Of a DNA stretch of 64,000 nucleotides, positions 19,315 to 28,598 are shown in pieces (within the stretch, counting starts at the first letter, position 1; each line of letters begins with the position of its first letter). Position numbers and translations under genes: made by a program. The DNA lies in contig CAVZJB010000013.1 in assembly GCA_963775425.1 (NCBI GenBank), forward strand, positions 32,001 to 96,000, written 5' to 3'. Below the pieces are notes generated by a model. That model made no database searches, had not been told where the DNA came from, and saw only the letters and a list, made by a program, of their open reading frames with translations. This DNA comes from an uncultured delta proteobacterium (GTDB lineage: Bacteria > Myxococcota > UBA727 > VGSZ01).

Positions 19315-19482
19315 GGACCCTCGCCGTCGACGACGCAGACCCGGTGCGGTCGTCGCATGCGGGCGGACGCGCACGTCCGCCTACTTTCACCGGGTGCCAA
19401 GAGCCGGGCTCGGCACCCTGTTTTGCTTGCTGTTTTTAAGATGACGCCACCAGTCGTGCGTTGCAACCGGTAGATCCCTGGA

Positions 19483-19510
19483 TTGACGTTCTGAAACGGG
19501 AGCTTAGATT
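19483..19510 (+). promoter_or_regulatory. Sigma70-type promoter upstream of the FmdB gene
   Basis: TTGACG-N16-TAGATT in an AT-enriched intergenic stretch. Confidence 0.55.
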
Positions 19511-19547
19511 TCAGGGGTCGGTCCCGGCGGACCGCGGAGAGACGACC

Positions 19548-19952
19548 ATGCCGCTTTTCGAGTATCGCTGCACCGCTTGTGAGCACCTCGAGGAAGTCCT
19601 GCAAAAGCACGGCGAGCCTCCGCCCGACGTCTGCCCCGTGTGCGGCAAGAAGAACACGATGCACAAGGAGCTGAGCCTGACGTCGTTCCAGCTCAAGGGC
19701 GGCGGCTGGTACAAGGACCTGTACGCCTCGTCCAAGCCGGACAAGAAGACCCAGTCCGACTCGAGCTCCTCGTCGTCATCGAGCGCGTCACCTTCGAGCT
19801 CCTCGTCTTCGAGCGCGTCCCCCGCGTCGAGCTCGTCGTCGTCGTCGTCGTCGGGCTCGTCGTCGTCGTCGTCGAGCGGCACGTCGTCGAGCGGCTCCGC
19901 GCCGACGTCGTCGCCCAAGGGCTCCGGCAAGAAGGGCGCCGCCGCCGCCTGA
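19548..19952 (+). CDS. FmdB-family zinc-ribbon protein with poly-Ser tail
   Basis: MPLFEYRC..C...CPVCG...FQLKGGGWY..LY. Confidence 0.92.
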   Translation: MPLFEYRCTACEHLEEVLQKHGEPPPDVCPVCGKKNTMHKELSLTSFQLKGGGWYKDLYASSKPDKKTQSDSSSSSSSSASPSSSSSSSASPASSSSSSSSSGSSSSSSSGTSSSGSAPTSSPKGSGKKGAAAA

Positions 19953-19964
19953 CCGGCGCGCTGC

Positions 19965-21329
19965 TCAGCGCGGGCAGAGCTTCGGATCGTCGACGAGCTC
20001 GAGCTTGACGCCGCCGTCGGCGGCGAGCGTCCACTTGTACAAGCCCGGGTGCGTGTAGCTGTACACGAGGGGCACGGGGGGAAACGGGCGGCTGTCGCCG
20101 CCGGGCACCACGCTGAGCGCGCGCTCCGCCGAGGCCACGCTCGGCCGATAGGTCTCGTGGTCGCCGAGCATCGGCGTGTGCGTGCCGGAGATCTCGCGCC
20201 AGCGGATGTCCTTGTGAAACGGGAGCTTGCCGCCGACGCGGACGCACTCGCGGCGGGCGCCGCCGCGCATGTGCTGCACGAACGTCGACGTCACCGAGTA
20301 GATCTCGCCGCCGCGCAGCACCGCCCGCGTGTCGTGCACCACCGGCGTGCCCTGCTCGCTCGTCACGATCCAGAAGCGCACGGCTTCGCGCGGCACCTTG
20401 AGGTCGAAGCCGGTGGGCGTGCCCTTCTTGCGGTTGAACACCTCGACCGCGTCGACCCACAGCGACTGCACCGCGTCGTCGACGATGAGGTGGGCGCTCG
20501 CGTCGCGCTTCTGCGCGCTCGGCTGAAGCTCCGTCCGCCAGAAGTGCACCAGCGGCCGCAGCTCCGCCGGCATCGCTCTTTCGTCGAAGCGTTGGATCTC
20601 CTTGAGGCGGCGCTCCGGCGTCCACGTGCGCAGCTCCGAGCGCAGCGACGCCGCCACCTCCGCAAAGAGCACGCGCTGCGCCTGCGCCGACGGGTGCGCC
20701 CGCATCTCGTCGACCAGGCCCGGGTCGAGCGCGGCCAGGCTCTTCAGATACAGGTCGGCGCCGTCCTGCTCGAGCACCTCCTCGTCGGGAGGCCCGTCGC
20801 CGACGTACAGGCGCATCTCACCTGCGTCGCCGAGCGTCACCGAGAGCACGTCGGACGACAGCGACACCGCGTCCGGCTTCACCGTGAACGTGCGCGCCGC
20901 CTGTCCACGCTTGCCGATCGTGACGCTGACGTCGACGGGCAAGCCGGAGAACGTCGCCTCGCGCAGGTCCTTGTCGAACAACACCGCCGTGGCCCTGGAG
21001 CACCACGCGCCCTCCACCTTGCGCGGCACCAGGTCGACGACGCCGCGCCAGGGCGCGGGCAGCGCGAGCGACACCCGCAGGGTCGGCAGCGCCCTGTCGC
21101 CGGCGAGCGCGAACGTGACGTGGTGCTCGTCGACGACGAGGGAGCTTTGCGCGCCGACGGCGTCGAGCCCCGTGAACAGCCGCGCGAACGGCCCCTTGCC
21201 GAGCGCCGGCACCGCCGCCTTGAGCGGCTCCTTCTTGCCCGCGCACGGCGCGTCGGCACCGACGTCGGCGTCGGCGCCGGCGACGGCCGCGAGGGCGAAG
21301 GTGACGACGAACGGGAGCACCGCCCGCAC
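19965..21329 (-). CDS. Secreted hypothetical protein
   Basis: Signal peptide and strong codon bias; no recognised motif. Confidence 0.7.
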   Translation of the reverse strand: MRAVLPFVVTFALAAVAGADADVGADAPCAGKKEPLKAAVPALGKGPFARLFTGLDAVGAQSSLVVDEHHVTFALAGDRALPTLRVSLALPAPWRGVVDLVPRKVEGAWCSRATAVLFDKDLREATFSGLPVDVSVTIGKRGQAARTFTVKPDAVSLSSDVLSVTLGDAGEMRLYVGDGPPDEEVLEQDGADLYLKSLAALDPGLVDEMRAHPSAQAQRVLFAEVAASLRSELRTWTPERRLKEIQRFDERAMPAELRPLVHFWRTELQPSAQKRDASAHLIVDDAVQSLWVDAVEVFNRKKGTPTGFDLKVPREAVRFWIVTSEQGTPVVHDTRAVLRGGEIYSVTSTFVQHMRGGARRECVRVGGKLPFHKDIRWREISGTHTPMLGDHETYRPSVASAERALSVVPGGDSRPFPPVPLVYSYTHPGLYKWTLAADGGVKLELVDDPKLCPR

Positions 21330-21377
21330 TGTAACCGAGACCGGCCACCGCCGGGCGACGCCGCGAGGCTCGCGCGC

Positions 21378-22925
21378 TCAGCGCGCCGACTTCAGCGCGG
21401 CCTTGATCATGTGCAGGCTGCCGCGCGGGGCCACGCCGGCGTCGACGCGGCCTTCGCGGCCCGCGGTGCCCGAGCCGCCGCCTGCGCCGCCGGCCCCGTC
21501 GGCGCCGCGCGCGGCGCGGTCGCTGCCGCAGGAGTCGCCGTCGCCGCCGCCGCCGCCGTTGCCGCCGAAGCCGCCGCCGCCGGGGGCGCCGCCCTGCACG
21601 CTCGCCCGGACGGCCGCGAGCGCGGCCTTGCTGTCGGCGCGGATGCGCACGTGCCCGCCGTCGCCGCCCCGCCCGCCGGGGCCGCCGTTGCCGCCCGTGC
21701 CGCCGGCGCCGCCGGGGCGGCAGGTGTCGCCGCTGCCGAAGGCCCAGCCGTTGCCGCCGCCGCCGCCGCGCCCGCCCGAGCCGCCGGGGCCGCCGTCGGC
21801 CGCGATCAACAGCGGGCCCGCGGTCTTCGGGTCGAACACCGCGAGGTTGACGCCGCCGCCGTGCGTGGAGACCGCCGCGAGCACGAGGTCCTCGCCGCCG
21901 GGGCCGCGCAGGGAGGTGGCCTCCACCGTGACGTCGAGGCCGCGCGCGCCGTCGCCGCCGGGGCCGCCGGGGCCGCCGGGGCCGCCCGCCTGGCCTTCGG
22001 AGCCCGCGCCCTGGCCGGAGTCACCGAAGTTGCCCGAGCCGCCGCCGCCGCCCTCGAAGTTGAACCAGGGCTTGGGACAGCCGAAGTCGGGCTTGAGGTC
22101 GAGCGTGGCCTGCACGTTGGTCGGCGCGTCCACCTTGACGGTGACGATGACGTCCTTGCCGAGCGCCGCCAGCGACGTGCCGAGCGGCGAGACCACGGCG
22201 CTCCTGGTCTGGGTGAGGACGCCGTCGGGGTTGCTGGTCCACTGAAACCAGCCCGCGCGCGAAGCGTCGAGCTTGATGTTGCGGCCCTTTTCGTCCTTGG
22301 CCACGAGGGGCTTGAGCGCCGTGGCGCCGACGGTGCAGAAGCTCTGCGCGCCGCTCTTGGTGGCCAGCTCCACGGACGCGACCGTGGACTGGGTGGCGCC
22401 GCCGCTGCCGTAGCGCGCGCTCTCGAGCGAGGCCGTGGCGTGCTTCACGTCGAACATGCGGTTCTTGCCGCTCGCCTTCTGGTTGCCGTCGTACCAGAGG
22501 TAGCCGCCGCCGACGGCGCCGGCGAGGCCGCCGAAGAAGGCGGCGTAGTACACGAGGGTGTCGCCGGTGCCGCCGAGGATGGGCTTGGCGTTGCTGCCCG
22601 ACGTCGTCACCACGTAGTAGCCGAGGCCGCCGACAATCATGCCGGCGCCGGTGAGCCCGAGCGCGACGCCGACGGGTTGGAACATCTCGCCCTGGGCGCG
22701 CTCGGCGCGGATCTTCTCCGCCGACTCCTTGTCGCCGACGAGGGAATAGAACTCCTCCTCGTCGAGGTGGTCGTCGCCGCGGATGAAGCTCCCGTTCGGC
22801 GTGATCTCGACGTCGTCGCCGCTCTCCTCGAGGTGGCGCGCGGGATCGGTGACGCAAGCGCCGCCGACGGCGACGACGGCGCTGAGGGCCACGGGGACGA
22901 GACGGGAGAGAGGAAGGGTTCGCAT
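21378..22925 (-). CDS. Putative lipoprotein with two internal TM segments and Gly-rich (GGxGGx) C-terminus
   Basis: Lipobox-like GGAC; hydrophobic hairpin; polyglycine repeats. Confidence 0.7.
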   Translation of the reverse strand: MRTLPLSRLVPVALSAVVAVGGACVTDPARHLEESGDDVEITPNGSFIRGDDHLDEEEFYSLVGDKESAEKIRAERAQGEMFQPVGVALGLTGAGMIVGGLGYYVVTTSGSNAKPILGGTGDTLVYYAAFFGGLAGAVGGGYLWYDGNQKASGKNRMFDVKHATASLESARYGSGGATQSTVASVELATKSGAQSFCTVGATALKPLVAKDEKGRNIKLDASRAGWFQWTSNPDGVLTQTRSAVVSPLGTSLAALGKDVIVTVKVDAPTNVQATLDLKPDFGCPKPWFNFEGGGGGSGNFGDSGQGAGSEGQAGGPGGPGGPGGDGARGLDVTVEATSLRGPGGEDLVLAAVSTHGGGVNLAVFDPKTAGPLLIAADGGPGGSGGRGGGGGNGWAFGSGDTCRPGGAGGTGGNGGPGGRGGDGGHVRIRADSKAALAAVRASVQGGAPGGGGFGGNGGGGGDGDSCGSDRAARGADGAGGAGGGSGTAGREGRVDAGVAPRGSLHMIKAALKSAR

Positions 22926-23074
22926 GGGCGCGGACCCTACGCGCCGCCCACGCGCGCCGCAGCGGCCCCCGTCACACCCGTGCGCGCACCACACGCGCCG
23001 CGGCGGACCGGGCCCGTCGTGCGCACGGAGCTGCGGGCGCACAAAGCTGCGCGCACGAACAGCGGCGCGACCCG

Positions 23075-24298
23075 CTACGGGGCGACGCTGGCGGCGTAGA
23101 CGGCCTTGCCGTCCTTCACCTGGAGGACCACGGCGGGCTTCACGGCGTTTCGCTCGGCGTTCAAGGTGATGTTGCCGGCGACGCCGGGGTAGTCCTTGGT
23201 CTTGGCGATCTCGTCGCGGATGGCCGGGCCCGACAAATCGTTCGCCCGCTCCATGGCCGTGATGGCGACGTTGGCCGCGTCATACGCGAGCGCCGCCAGC
23301 GACTCCGGCTTGTTGCCGCCGTACTTGGCCTCGAAGGCCTTCACGAACTTCTGCACGTTGGGGTTCGGATCGTCGGGCGAGTAGTGGTTGGTGTAGTAGC
23401 TGCCGTCGATGGCGCTGCCGCCGAGCTCGAAGAGCTTCTCGCTCTCCCAGCCGTCGCCGCCGAGGAGCGGGGCCTTGATGCCGAGCTCGCGCGCCTGGCG
23501 GGCGATGACGCCTACGTCGGTGTAGTAGCCGGGGACGTAGATGGCCTCGGGCTTCTTGCCCTTGAGCGAGGTGAGCTGCCCGCGGAAGTCGGTGTCGCCC
23601 TTGGAGTACGCCTCCTCGCCGACGATCTTGCCGCCCATCTTGGTGAACTCCTCGGAGAACACCTTGGCGAGGCCGAGCGAGTAGTCGCTCTTGTTGTCCT
23701 TGAGGACGGCGACGTTCTTCACCTTGAGGTTGTTGGTGGCGAACTTGGCCATGGCCAGGCCCTGGAAGGGATCGATGAAGCAGACGCGGAAGATGTAGTC
23801 GCCCACCTGGGTGACGGCGATGTTCGTCGACGACGGCGTGATCATCGGGACCTGCGCGGCCTGGGCCTTGGGCGCCATGGCCAGCGAGTTGGACGACGCC
23901 ACCTCGCCGAGGATGAGCTTCACGTGGTCCTGGTTGATGAGGCGGGTGACGGCGTTGGCGGCCTCTTCGGCCTTGCCCTGGTCGTCGTAGACGCGGACGT
24001 CGAGCTTCTTGGTGCTGCCGTCCTTGAGCTTGATGCCGCCGCGGGCGTTGGCCTCCTCGATGGCCATCTGGATGCCGTTTCTCGTCGAGATGCCGAACGT
24101 GGCCTCGCTGCCGGTGAGCGAGCCGACCTCGCCGAGGAGGATGACGTCGTCCTTGGGCTCGGTGGGCGCCGATGGCTGCGAGGTGGCGCCGGCGCCGGCG
24201 GCGTCGCCGTTGTTCTCGCCTCCCTGGGCCGCGCGCTTTTCGCAGCCGAAGGCGAAGGTCAACGAGGCGGACAACAACGAGACGGCGAGCGCACGCAT
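23075..24298 (-). CDS. Branched-chain amino acid ABC transporter substrate-binding lipoprotein (LivJ/LivK family)
   Basis: Lipobox AFGC; A.EEAN..GGI, DDQGK.EEA, YIFRVCFIDPFQG, DTDFRGQLT. Confidence 0.92.
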   Translation of the reverse strand: MRALAVSLLSASLTFAFGCEKRAAQGGENNGDAAGAGATSQPSAPTEPKDDVILLGEVGSLTGSEATFGISTRNGIQMAIEEANARGGIKLKDGSTKKLDVRVYDDQGKAEEAANAVTRLINQDHVKLILGEVASSNSLAMAPKAQAAQVPMITPSSTNIAVTQVGDYIFRVCFIDPFQGLAMAKFATNNLKVKNVAVLKDNKSDYSLGLAKVFSEEFTKMGGKIVGEEAYSKGDTDFRGQLTSLKGKKPEAIYVPGYYTDVGVIARQARELGIKAPLLGGDGWESEKLFELGGSAIDGSYYTNHYSPDDPNPNVQKFVKAFEAKYGGNKPESLAALAYDAANVAITAMERANDLSGPAIRDEIAKTKDYPGVAGNITLNAERNAVKPAVVLQVKDGKAVYAASVAP

Positions 24299-24357
24299 GG
24301 AAAACCTCCGGATGCGGGCTTGTACCAGGGTCCGGTGTCACGAGCTACACTCGATGC

Positions 24358-24870
24358 GTGCGCCGCTTCGTCGTCGTCGCCGTGCTGGTGCTTTGTGGCT
24401 TCACCGCGAGGGCCACGAGCGTCTACGTGCTGTCGCTCGCGCAGATGCGCGCCCGCGCCGACGTCGTCGTGCGCGCGCACGTGGTGGCGCAAGAGACGGC
24501 GCTCGAGGGCGACAGGCCCGTGACGTACACAACCCTCGACGTCGTCGAGGTCTGGAAGGGCGCGGCGCCGCACGAGCGGCTGGTGCTGTATCAGGCGGGC
24601 GCGCTCGACGGGGTCCACGTGCGGTGGATCGCCGGCGCGCACGTGTTCTCCGTCGGCGACGACGTGGTCATCTTCGGGGAGCGCGTCCGCCACGCCGGAA
24701 ATCCGGTCGTGGTGACGCTCACGCTCGGCTACGGCACGTTCGCCGTGGACGGCCAGGGCGCCGTGCGCGAGGACGCCGGCGGCGCCGTCGACGTCGTCAC
24801 CGGCCGGGTGACCCGGCCGCGCGCGTTCCCGTCGGTGCAGGCGCTGCACGCGGCCGTGGAGCGCCCGTGA
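24358..24870 (+). CDS. Secreted TIMP/NTR-like OB-fold protein
   Basis: Signal peptide ending ARA; ADVVVRAHVV...V.EVWKG pattern; stop overlaps the next start (GTGA). Confidence 0.7.
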   Translation: MRRFVVVAVLVLCGFTARATSVYVLSLAQMRARADVVVRAHVVAQETALEGDRPVTYTTLDVVEVWKGAAPHERLVLYQAGALDGVHVRWIAGAHVFSVGDDVVIFGERVRHAGNPVVVTLTLGYGTFAVDGQGAVREDAGGAVDVVTGRVTRPRAFPSVQALHAAVERP

Positions 24871-26936
24871 GCGGCCGGCGTGGGGCGGCGCCCGCGGTCG
24901 TGGCGTGTCTCGTCGCGTGCCTCGCGGCGACGGACGTGGGCGCGTTCGAGCCCCTGTGCAACAGCTTCGGCGCCGGCGGCGGCCACTTCCAGGACCAGTG
25001 CGGCGCCTGCAGCGAGGACAGCGCCGCGCGCTGGGAGCCCGCGGCGGTGACGTTCGTGTTCGACCGGACCACGGTGCCGAGCGCGCAAGGCGTCTCGGCC
25101 GCGCGCTTCGCCCAGGACATCGACATCTCGCTCGCGGCCTGGAACGCGGTGCCCTCGTCGACGCTGGTGATGTCCGACGGCGGCGCGCTCAGCGAGCGCG
25201 TGCACAACGCAAACGTCGCCGAGCACGCCGTCTACTGGGACATCGACGACCAGGACTGGGTGAACGACACCAGCACCGCCCCCGACGGCGGCGCCCTCGG
25301 CATCACCTCCTTCACCTACGACTGCGACAATGACGGCGACGGCCGCCGCCAGCCCTATCAGGACGCCGACGTCGTGTTGAACGGCACACCCGGGCTCGCC
25401 GCCAACGTCTCGAGCTACAACGGCACCTGCGGCGGCCGGCCCTGCCCGTCGTCGACGACGGTGCTGATGCACGAGCTCGGGCACGCGGTGGGCCTCGGCC
25501 ACCCCTGCCCGCTGTGCGCGGACGCGCTCATGAGCGCCTCGCTCATCGTCAACGTGGGCGAGCCGCTCCCCGACGACGCGCTCTCGCTGCTCTCGCTCTA
25601 CGGCGCGCCCGGCGCCCTCGGCACGCCCTGCGCCGGCGACGGCGACTGCGGCTCGGGACACTGCGGCTCCTTCGCGCTCCCAAGCGGCGCGGCGTCGTAT
25701 TGCACGCAGCCCTGCGGCACCTGCCCCACGGGCTTCGCGTGCCTCGCGGGGCAGTGCGCGTTCGCGAGCACGCCGGACACGGCGCTCCCGGCCGTCGGCG
25801 AACCCTGCGGCTTCACCTGCGCCGACGACTGCTTCGCCGGGCAACCCGCCGGCAGCGTCATCGGCCCCGGCTGCAACGCCTGCCTCGTGGTCGGCGGCGC
25901 GGCCACGTGTGTGAAGGGCTGCTCGAAGTCGACCGGCGACGGCTGCGATCTGGCGAACGAGTTCTGCTCGGGCGTCGGCACGCCCGACGACCAGGGACAG
26001 TGCAAGCCGCGCCGCGCCGAGGGCGGAGCGTGCGCCGACGACAGCTTCTGCGAGCAGGGCCTTCACTGCGTCGGCAACGTCTGCCGCGCCGGCTGCGACC
26101 CCGCCGACAGCGCCACGTGCGCCGCCGGCCAGAGCTGCGTCGACGACGGCAGCGGGAGCTTCACGTGCCGCGGCGGCCTCGAGGGCGAGGCGTGCGCCGC
26201 CGCCGCCGACTGCGCGAGCGGCTTCACCTGCACGGGCTTCACGGCGCAGGCGCTGTTCTGCTTCAAGGACTGCGTGGACGACACCTCCTGCGCCGCCGAC
26301 GAGGCCTGCGCGCAGACCAACGCGGGCGACATCTGCGTGCGCGCGCGCGACGTCGGCGAGAGCTGCCCCGAGTTCAACGTCGTCTGCGCCGCGGGCTCGA
26401 CGTGCGACCCCGCGCACACGCTGTGCACGCGCCCCTGCTCGCTCGACGACGGCAGCGGCTGCCAGGCGGGCGAGACCTGCGTCGACGTCGACGGCGACGG
26501 CCTCTGCGTCGCCGCCGGGGACGCCGGCCTCGGGGAAGCGTGCGCGACGTCGTCGGACTGCCAGGCGGAGCTCCTGTGCGACGGCAGCGCCTGCCGCGCC
26601 CGCTGCGACCTCGGCGTCCCCTGCCCCTTCGGGGACGCGTGCACCGCCCTCGACACCGGCAGCGCCTGCATCCCCGCGGGCGAGGGCGAGGGCGAGGGCG
26701 AAGGCGACGCGGGCGAGGGCGAGGGCGAAGGCGAAGGCGATCCCCCCGGCGATCCCCCCGGTGGCTGCACCTGCGCGACCACCGCCGCCCCCGACGCGCT
26801 CGCGCTCGCCCTCGTCGCCCTCCTCGCCCGGCGACGCCGCCACGTGAAAGCGCAGCAGGGACACCGGCGCGCCGGGCTTCACGCCGAACGTGGCGAGCGC
26901 CGCGCATCCGCATGCGACGACGCGCGGGCAGGATGA
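24867..26936 (+). CDS. Matrixin-family (M10-like) zinc metalloprotease with Cys-rich repeats, (GE)n linker and MYXO-CTERM-like tail
   Basis: AAWNAV, DADVVLN, HELGHAVGLGH and Met-turn ALM; many C..D.DC repeats; GGCTCA + TM + RRRR. Confidence 0.88.
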   Translation: MSGRRGAAPAVVACLVACLAATDVGAFEPLCNSFGAGGGHFQDQCGACSEDSAARWEPAAVTFVFDRTTVPSAQGVSAARFAQDIDISLAAWNAVPSSTLVMSDGGALSERVHNANVAEHAVYWDIDDQDWVNDTSTAPDGGALGITSFTYDCDNDGDGRRQPYQDADVVLNGTPGLAANVSSYNGTCGGRPCPSSTTVLMHELGHAVGLGHPCPLCADALMSASLIVNVGEPLPDDALSLLSLYGAPGALGTPCAGDGDCGSGHCGSFALPSGAASYCTQPCGTCPTGFACLAGQCAFASTPDTALPAVGEPCGFTCADDCFAGQPAGSVIGPGCNACLVVGGAATCVKGCSKSTGDGCDLANEFCSGVGTPDDQGQCKPRRAEGGACADDSFCEQGLHCVGNVCRAGCDPADSATCAAGQSCVDDGSGSFTCRGGLEGEACAAAADCASGFTCTGFTAQALFCFKDCVDDTSCAADEACAQTNAGDICVRARDVGESCPEFNVVCAAGSTCDPAHTLCTRPCSLDDGSGCQAGETCVDVDGDGLCVAAGDAGLGEACATSSDCQAELLCDGSACRARCDLGVPCPFGDACTALDTGSACIPAGEGEGEGEGDAGEGEGEGEGDPPGDPPGGCTCATTAAPDALALALVALLARRRRHVKAQQGHRRAGLHAERGERRASACDDARAG
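26679..26738 (+). repeat. (Gly-Glu)n coding repeat
   Basis: [20 protein letters not shown]. Confidence 0.9.
26842..26892 (-). pseudogene. 51-bp remnant matching the aspartyl protease gene (6894-6944)
   Basis: 48/51 nt identical; encodes the same peptide TFGVKPGAPVSLLRFHV. Confidence 0.7.
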
Positions 26937-27033
26937 GCGCGCGTCGCTGACGGGCGCTCGAGCGCACCGGCAGCGCGCGCGGGCCGCGCTGGCACGGTCG
27001 ATGAGTCCTGCGTCATCGCACCCAGGAGTCATC

Positions 27034-27267
27034 ATGAAGACCGTCATCGCCGCTTTCGTCCTCATCTGCGCGGGCAGCGTCGCCAACCGCCCGCTCACGG
27101 CGTCGTCGCTCGACCATTTGCAAGCCCTCGACGACACCGCCCTCGACGGCACCAAGGCCGCGCTCACCGGGCTCAACGAGCGCGCGCTCGACGTCCTGCC
27201 CGCCGCCGCCACGCTGCGCGCCGAGGACGCCGTCGCCGCCGTCGCCCTTCGGCTCGCCGGCGGATGA
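27034..27267 (+). CDS. Small secreted hypothetical protein
   Basis: AGGAG RBS; signal peptide MKTVIAAFVLICAG. Confidence 0.6.
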   Translation: MKTVIAAFVLICAGSVANRPLTASSLDHLQALDDTALDGTKAALTGLNERALDVLPAAATLRAEDAVAAVALRLAGG

Positions 27268-27307
27268 TCGGCTTTTCCGTGCGCCGCGCCGGCGGTGTCG
27301 GTCTGCC

Positions 27308-28378
27308 ATGAAGCTCAGGTGGCGCGCTCTCGCCCTTGTCGCCCCGTGGCCGCTCGCGTGCTGCGCCCCGCCGCCCCTTCACCCGGACGGCGTCGGAGAG
27401 ACCGTGCATCAGCAGGTGGTGGTGCAGTTGACCGGCGGCGCGCCGACGGGCCCGGGCTCGCCGTCGGAGATCGGCGTGGTCAACCTCGACGGGTCCGACC
27501 TCCTGCCGCTCACCAACGACGGCACCTTCAAGTTCCTCCCGCACTTCTCGCCCGACGGCACGCGGATCGCGTACACGAAGTTCGCGCTCGGCGGCGCCTA
27601 CGGCCAGCCCGGCTCGCACGCCGACATCGCCGTCTACGAGCTCGCCACGGGCCGGGAGACGATGCTGACGACGGACGGCGCCAGCGTCCAGGTGACGTGG
27701 TCCCCCGACGGAGCGCGCTTCGCGTGGCTCCGCTTCGACGGCACCGTCGGCAACGGGCCCGGCGCGATCTGGGTCGCCGACGCCGACGGCGCGAACGCGC
27801 ACCGCATCGCGGCGTCGCCCGGCACGCGCGAGGACGGCGCGTGGGGTGACATCGCGTGGGGGCCCGGGGATTGGATCCTCTTCACGGTCCAGACGAACAT
27901 CGGCGACTGCTTCAAGGTGCGCACCGACAAGATCCGGGCAGACGGCAGCGAGCGCACGCAGGTGAGCGACGGCGGCTCGAGCTGCACGCCGCAGGGCTTC
28001 GAGCAGGCGGGCGACGCGGACCCGGGCTGGAGCGCCGACGGCGCGACCATCTACACCTCGCGCGGTCTGCCGTCCGCCCCGAGCGACGCGCCGGCGGGCC
28101 AGACCATCACCGAGCGCAAGCTCGAGTCGTTCTCGAGCGACGCATGGACCCCGCAAAGCGCCGACACCGACCTGTCGCTGCCCGCCGCGCCCGACTGCAT
28201 CGAAGGCGTGCCGAAGGCGTCGCCCGACGGTGACAGCGTGCTCCTCTTCCGTCTGTGCTTCGGCGCAAACGGCCAACCCGACGAGCCCGGCGTCTACCTC
28301 GCGGACGCTGCCGGCGCGACGCGGAGCTTCGTGCTCGCCGGCTTCGGCGCAGACTGGAATCCTTCCGCCGCGCCGTAG
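27308..28378 (+). CDS. TolB-like PD40 beta-propeller lipoprotein
   Basis: Lipobox-like LAC; repeated (F/W/A)SPDG motifs. Confidence 0.85.
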   Translation: MKLRWRALALVAPWPLACCAPPPLHPDGVGETVHQQVVVQLTGGAPTGPGSPSEIGVVNLDGSDLLPLTNDGTFKFLPHFSPDGTRIAYTKFALGGAYGQPGSHADIAVYELATGRETMLTTDGASVQVTWSPDGARFAWLRFDGTVGNGPGAIWVADADGANAHRIAASPGTREDGAWGDIAWGPGDWILFTVQTNIGDCFKVRTDKIRADGSERTQVSDGGSSCTPQGFEQAGDADPGWSADGATIYTSRGLPSAPSDAPAGQTITERKLESFSSDAWTPQSADTDLSLPAAPDCIEGVPKASPDGDSVLLFRLCFGANGQPDEPGVYLADAAGATRSFVLAGFGADWNPSAAP

Positions 28379-28598
28379 CCCCACGCGCCGCAGTGGAGAA
28401 GCGCAGCGACGTGGACGACGTCGTCACCGCGCGCCGCCGCTTTGACACGCGGGGCGCGCGGCGTTACGTTTCGTGCTCGTTCAGGGCGTGCTGCGGATCC
28501 GCGTTCGGTCCCTGCAGTCGCGATCATTCTCCCTCTTTGAAGGACCTTGGGCGGCCCACGGCCGAGCGCGCCGCCATGGCGCGTGCATAGGAGTTTCG

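Noticed and set aside
19388-19430. Sigma54-like GGCAC sites near ribA (and at about 32761-32771)
   Set aside because: GG to GC spacing is not 10 nt or the -12 element is missing.
23075-24298. Orphan ABC binding protein as a novelty
   Set aside because: Unlinked Liv-family binding proteins are common.
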